From: Aliivibrio fischeri ES114
GTDB lineage: Bacteria; Pseudomonadota; Gammaproteobacteria; Enterobacterales; Vibrionaceae
Direction: 5' to 3' (one strand)
DNA: 32,000 nucleotides
NCBI RefSeq assembly: GCF_000011805.1
Contig: NC_006841.2
A program made the translations under genes and the position numbers. The notes beneath the pieces are model-generated. The model was not told where the DNA came from. It saw only the letters and a program-made list of their open reading frames with translations, and made no database searches. How positions within the stretch are numbered: the first letter of the stretch is position 1; every line of letters starts with the position of its first letter. Positions 28,810-32,000 of this stretch are shown piece after piece.

Positions 28810-30471
28810 ATGAATTTATCAATCAAATCAAGATTATATTTGCTTGCAATATTACCAATAGTTTTAACCTCTTTGTTAATCATGTTAATGACATACAAGG
28901 AAACGAATGCGCTTAACCAAGCACAAATGGATATGACGCGCACACAAATGATGGAGATGAAACGCGTAGAATTGAAATCGTATTTAGATATCGTTTCATC
29001 AGAATTAGAACACCTTGAAAAACAAGGGAAATCCATAGATGAAGTGCTCGAAACACTAAAACCGATTCAATTTGCTGATACAGGTTATTTATTTGGTTTC
29101 CAATCCAATGGTGTACGAATTTTACAAGGTAATACCAATGATATTGGTAACAATATGTGGAATGCGAAAGACAAAAGAGGCAACTATTTGATCCAAGATA
29201 TCATTACTGCCGCTAAAAATAAGTCTGGATATTCAACATATTACTACCCTAAATTAAATGAAACTGTTGCTTTACCTAAACTGGCTTACAGTGTTTATTT
29301 TCCAACATGGGATTTGATTGTAGGTACTGGTTTCTATACGGATGATGTTGATGCCGTTATTGCGGATATGAAAGCGCTTAGTGATGAGCAGCTTGCACAA
29401 AGTATGAAAGCGATTGTGTTGTTCACATTAGTTATTGTGGCTGTTGTTGCAATGATCGGCTTTTATATCAATAGAAGCATTATGGCTCCAATTCAAAAAT
29501 TTGATGAATCGATTCGTTCATTTGCTTCGGGTGATGCAGATTTAACGGCAAGAATGCCTGAGTTTACCGTTCCTGAGTTTAATCAATTGAGTCATAATTT
29601 TAACTTATTCGTTAATTCTCTACATCAAATCATTAGTAATGTATCACTAGTGAGTCAAGATGTCGTCGCTGAAACCACTCGAATGTCAGAGCGTTCAGCG
29701 CAAGTTAATGCTGTAGTAACTAATCAACGCTCAGAAACTGAGCAAATTGCAACAGCGATGACAGAGCTAACGACGTCTTCTCATGAGATATCTGCTAATG
29801 CTGAGCAAGCGGCTAATTCAGCTCAAGATGCTGATAATAATGCACAAGTTGCAATGCAAACCGTAAATGAAGCATCAGAATCAGTGAAGACGCTAGCTGC
29901 AGAATTAGATGAAGCAAGTGATGTTATTTCAAAATTAGAAGGTGATGTACAAAATATCGCAAGTACGTTATCCGTTATTCAAGATATCGCTGAACAAACA
30001 AACTTGTTAGCTCTTAATGCGGCTATTGAAGCGGCAAGGGCGGGGGAACAAGGGCGTGGATTTGCCGTTGTTGCTGATGAAGTTCGTAAATTGGCGAGTC
30101 GTACTCAAGAGAGTACAGCACAAATTCATCAACGAATTGAAGCGCTTAAGTCCGGTTCTGATTCGGCAGTACAAGTGATGGCGGCAAGTAAAAACTTCAG
30201 TACATTGACGGTAACTAAAGCGGTCGCTGCATCTGAGTCGTTAAGCCAAATTTTAGTGTCGGTTAATACGATCATGGAAATGAACTCATTAATAGCGACA
30301 GCGACCCAAGAGCAGAGTTTGGTTGGTCAAGAGATCTCAGAGCGTATTGTGTCGGTATCCGATCAGAGTTCAGAATCAGCAGATTTAGCGAGTCAAAACC
30401 GCTCTGGTGGTATTGTGTTAAACCAAAAAGCCAACGAACTGTCAGAATTAGTTGAGCGTTTTACACTTTAA
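28810..30471 (+). CDS. Methyl-accepting chemotaxis protein with a single-Cache (sCache_2-like) periplasmic sensor
   Basis: I set the start at ATG 28810 ([19 protein letters not shown]). Cache-like GYLFGF...YYYPK...[23 protein letters not shown], a second TM, HAMP, and the tip [32 protein letters not shown]. Confidence 0.9.
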   Translation: MNLSIKSRLYLLAILPIVLTSLLIMLMTYKETNALNQAQMDMTRTQMMEMKRVELKSYLDIVSSELEHLEKQGKSIDEVLETLKPIQFADTGYLFGFQSNGVRILQGNTNDIGNNMWNAKDKRGNYLIQDIITAAKNKSGYSTYYYPKLNETVALPKLAYSVYFPTWDLIVGTGFYTDDVDAVIADMKALSDEQLAQSMKAIVLFTLVIVAVVAMIGFYINRSIMAPIQKFDESIRSFASGDADLTARMPEFTVPEFNQLSHNFNLFVNSLHQIISNVSLVSQDVVAETTRMSERSAQVNAVVTNQRSETEQIATAMTELTTSSHEISANAEQAANSAQDADNNAQVAMQTVNEASESVKTLAAELDEASDVISKLEGDVQNIASTLSVIQDIAEQTNLLALNAAIEAARAGEQGRGFAVVADEVRKLASRTQESTAQIHQRIEALKSGSDSAVQVMAASKNFSTLTVTKAVAASESLSQILVSVNTIMEMNSLIATATQEQSLVGQEISERIVSVSDQSSESADLASQNRSGGIVLNQKANELSELVERFTL

Positions 30472-30492
30472 TCGATACGTAAATTAATACAT

Positions 30493-30527
30493 AAAAGCAC
30501 AAGATTGATGAGATCTTGTGCTTTTTT
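30493..30527. terminator. Bidirectional rho-independent terminator between the chemoreceptor and the ydjM-like gene
   Basis: aaaa-gcacaagat-N7-atcttgtgc-tttttt: perfect 9-bp stem with A-run and T-run flanks. Confidence 0.8.
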
Positions 30528-30528
30528 A

Positions 30529-31227
30529 TTACCATAATTTAAAGGTATCCCAATTACTTAACGCTTCAATACTTGAATCAATTGGAGGTGCTAAAAAAGC
30601 TAAAATCACCGTAGCAATTACGAATATTGCAGATAGCGATAAGTTTGAAAAATCAGTCAGTTTTAATGCTGAACCAAATGAGCGTTTAATACGAACATTG
30701 GCCAAATCAACACTGTATATTTCGTCTAATAGAAGATGAATGACACCACCACAGAATACAAAAATGCCGGATAACCAAGCAAATAGATCCGCATTTTTAA
30801 ATTTGTCATTGATAATAAAAGCGGTTGTGTTTGTGGTTAGTAAGCCGCAAAAGAGCAAAAATAACAATGAATGACATATGCCTCTATGAATCGTTTGCCA
30901 CTCGAATACGTTTCGGATCCCATATTTTATAATTAGGTGTATTACAACAGGTAAACCAATTAAAAGCATAAATTGCCTTTCATTAATGGCATCACTCGTA
31001 AAGTAGCGAATACTGAGTAAAACAATACACACAGTAAAAAGATTAAAAATAATATCGAGAGAGGTGGAATTGTCTGAGTCAATATCAGGCAGCAGGCCAC
31101 CAATGGTACCTAAAAACCAAAGCCATAATGCCGTATCAAGATCGATATGGTTAGCGGAAAGAAGTGCTGCAGAGGCGGCACCAGATGTTAATGCGGCGAC
31201 ATTTAAATGTGTGCTGAAATTTGCCAT
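30529..31227 (-). CDS. Membrane-bound metal-dependent hydrolase, YdjM/DUF457-like
   Basis: 232-aa polytopic protein with LLPDIDSDNS, HRGICHS and HLLLDE motifs, resembling E. coli YdjM (LLPDIDHPKS, HRGFTHS). Confidence 0.6.
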   Translation of the reverse strand: MANFSTHLNVAALTSGAASAALLSANHIDLDTALWLWFLGTIGGLLPDIDSDNSTSLDIIFNLFTVCIVLLSIRYFTSDAINERQFMLLIGLPVVIHLIIKYGIRNVFEWQTIHRGICHSLLFLLFCGLLTTNTTAFIINDKFKNADLFAWLSGIFVFCGGVIHLLLDEIYSVDLANVRIKRSFGSALKLTDFSNLSLSAIFVIATVILAFLAPPIDSSIEALSNWDTFKLW

Positions 31228-31283
31228 AGGTTTTCTAAGAATTCTTTTGTAATATGAAGGCTGATTAATTGAGATAAGAAATT

Positions 31284-31454
31284 ATGTTTAAAATATTTGC
31301 ATTACTGTTCATTGCGTTAGGTATCTATATCGGAATGAATTACGGCGATGAAGTTCAAAGTGTTATGGATTCAGATGCCTTTGAGCAAGTACAAGATACT
31401 TTGGTTGATGGAAAAGATCTTGTGATTGAAAAAATTGAAGATGCTGTTCAGTAA
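31284..31454 (+). CDS. Small membrane protein (56 aa): N-terminal TM helix plus acidic tail; below the ORF-track cutoff
   Basis: Hand translation: MFKIFALLFIALGIYIGMNYGDEVQSVMDSDAFEQVQDTLVDGKDLVIEKIEDAVQ. A strong terminator follows 26 nt downstream. The Shine-Dalgarno sequence is weak (gagataagaa). Confidence 0.45.
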   Translation: MFKIFALLFIALGIYIGMNYGDEVQSVMDSDAFEQVQDTLVDGKDLVIEKIEDAVQ

Positions 31455-31475
31455 TAGTTAGCATGTTCGATGGAT

Positions 31476-31556
31476 AAAATAAAAATCCCCCTTGATAGCA
31501 ATATCGTGGGGGATTTTTGATTCTATACAAACGAACCATGAAAACAAGAGAATAAC
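31476..31556 (-). ncRNA. Candidate about 80-nt LexA-repressed small RNA (or 5' leader) running from the SOS-box promoter to the 31481-31518 terminator
   Basis: On the minus strand: -35 TTAACC (31591-31586), 17-nt spacer, -10 TATATA (31568-31563) inside the LexA box, then a pyrimidine-rich stretch (UUCUCUUGUUUUC) and the terminator hairpin. This is prediction only. Confidence 0.3.
31481..31518. terminator. Bidirectional rho-independent terminator
   Basis: aaaaatccccc-N16-gggggattttt, with A/T runs on both sides. Confidence 0.8.
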
Positions 31557-31574
31557 TGTTTTTATATACAGTTA
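31553..31574. promoter_or_regulatory. LexA (SOS) box
   Basis: ATAACTGT-TTTTATAT-ACAGTTAT gives exact CTGT-N8-ACAG with an all-A/T spacer and perfect 8-bp palindromic arms. It matches the gammaproteobacterial consensus TACTGTATATATATACAGTA. Confidence 0.8.
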
Positions 31575-31619
31575 TTTTCTGTTTTGGTTAAATTCATGGC
31601 TAACGATGCGTGAATTAAC

Positions 31620-32000
31620 TTATTTAAGCGGTAAAATTGTGATTTCTACACGGCGGTTACAAGCACGGCCTTGTTTTGTAGAGTTATCACAAACTGGGTA
31701 ACGAGCACCGTAACCACGAGCATTAACTCGACCAGCGGCAACGTCTTGCTTAATTAGGTAGGTACGCACTGAATCAGCACGTTGCTCTGATAGTGTTTGG
31801 TTTTTAGTTGCATTACCAGAACTGTCAGTATGACCGTCAATTTGAAGAGCTGTATCTGGGTATTCAACAAGGATACGTGCAACACCGTTTAATGTGTTGT
31901 AGATACTAGCATCTAATTGGTATGAGCTAGATTGGAAGCCAATACCGTTGTCCATTACTAGTTTAAGTTCGTTTTTGCCTACACGTTCAACTTGAACACC
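31620..32000 (-). CDS. OmpA-family (OmpA_C/peptidoglycan-binding) protein, 5' end beyond the window
   Basis: The ORF stays open to base 32000 upstream of the listed Met (GVQVERVGKNELKLVMDNG...). C-terminal OmpA-like motif IDGHTDSSGNATKNQTLSEQRADSVRTYL...GYG...NRRVEI. Confidence 0.8.
   Translation of the reverse strand, partial: GVQVERVGKNELKLVMDNGIGFQSSSYQLDASIYNTLNGVARILVEYPDTALQIDGHTDSSGNATKNQTLSEQRADSVRTYLIKQDVAAGRVNARGYGARYPVCDNSTKQGRACNRRVEITILPLK

Noticed and set aside
9592-28810. N-terminal extensions in the ORF track from TTG or GTG starts (sapF 10431, pspC 17070, GGDEF 26670, chemoreceptor 28786, chemoreceptor 1932)
   Set aside because: In each case a downstream ATG gives an N-terminus matching the family. 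For sapF and pspC that ATG also has a much better Shine-Dalgarno sequence or stop-start coupling.
28674-29036. 120-aa minus-strand ORF overlapping the 5' end of the sCache chemoreceptor
   Set aside because: It overlaps the well-supported chemoreceptor start and its promoter region. It is a low-complexity, I/S/F-rich translation of AT-rich DNA.
30518-31252. Plus-strand ORFs 30518-30739 and 31064-31252 opposite the ydjM-like gene
   Set aside because: They are antisense to a membrane protein gene, and the first begins inside the terminator.
31363-31701. 69-aa plus-strand ORF 31492-31701 and 58-aa minus-strand ORF 31539-31363
   Set aside because: The first overlaps the ompA-like 3' end and runs through the LexA box. 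The second runs through the terminator hairpin and is antisense to the more protein-like 56-aa ORF. Neither resembles a real protein.
1-32000. Search for CRISPR arrays, IS elements or transposases, integrases, attC-like sites, tRNA/rRNA genes and known defence-system hallmarks
   Set aside because: None was seen. There are no regularly spaced repeats, no transposase, integrase or nuclease-like ORFs, and no cloverleaf-like or rRNA-like segments. Apart from the hypothetical and small ORFs discussed above, every well-supported ORF has an ordinary functional assignment.

Overview
Low-GC gammaproteobacterial chromosome segment. Protein content and synteny look Vibrionaceae-like, which is inference only. 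Most of it is ordinary backbone. It holds the 3' part of torA, and a sapABCDF/pspF/pspABC/ycjXF block with the same sap-psp neighbourhood as E. coli. It also holds a seven-gene thiamine salvage operon behind a TPP riboswitch (thiD, thiZXY-like ABC importer, tenA, thiM, thiE). The remaining genes are a membrane GGDEF protein, a DsbD-family reductase lacking the N-terminal domain, an sCache chemoreceptor, a ydjM-like hydrolase and the 3' end of an ompA-family gene. An AT-rich accessory block (about 1.9-9.6 kb) lies between torA and sapF. It has two diverged paralogous chemoreceptors, each followed by a short homologous ORF below the ORF-track cutoff, flanking a GH36-like glycosidase. A ToxR-like membrane regulator is joined directly to the end of sapF. 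Three observations stand out. (1) torA contains a base-perfect, in-frame 396-bp tandem duplication (153-548 = 549-944). (2) A perfect LexA box with promoter geometry sits about 40 nt upstream of a bidirectional terminator in the ompA-like 3' region, suggesting an SOS-controlled small RNA or a long ydjM leader. (3) The chemoreceptor plus small-ORF module occurs twice. I saw no CRISPR array, IS element, integrase, tRNA or rRNA. I found no recognisable multi-gene novel system and do not claim one.
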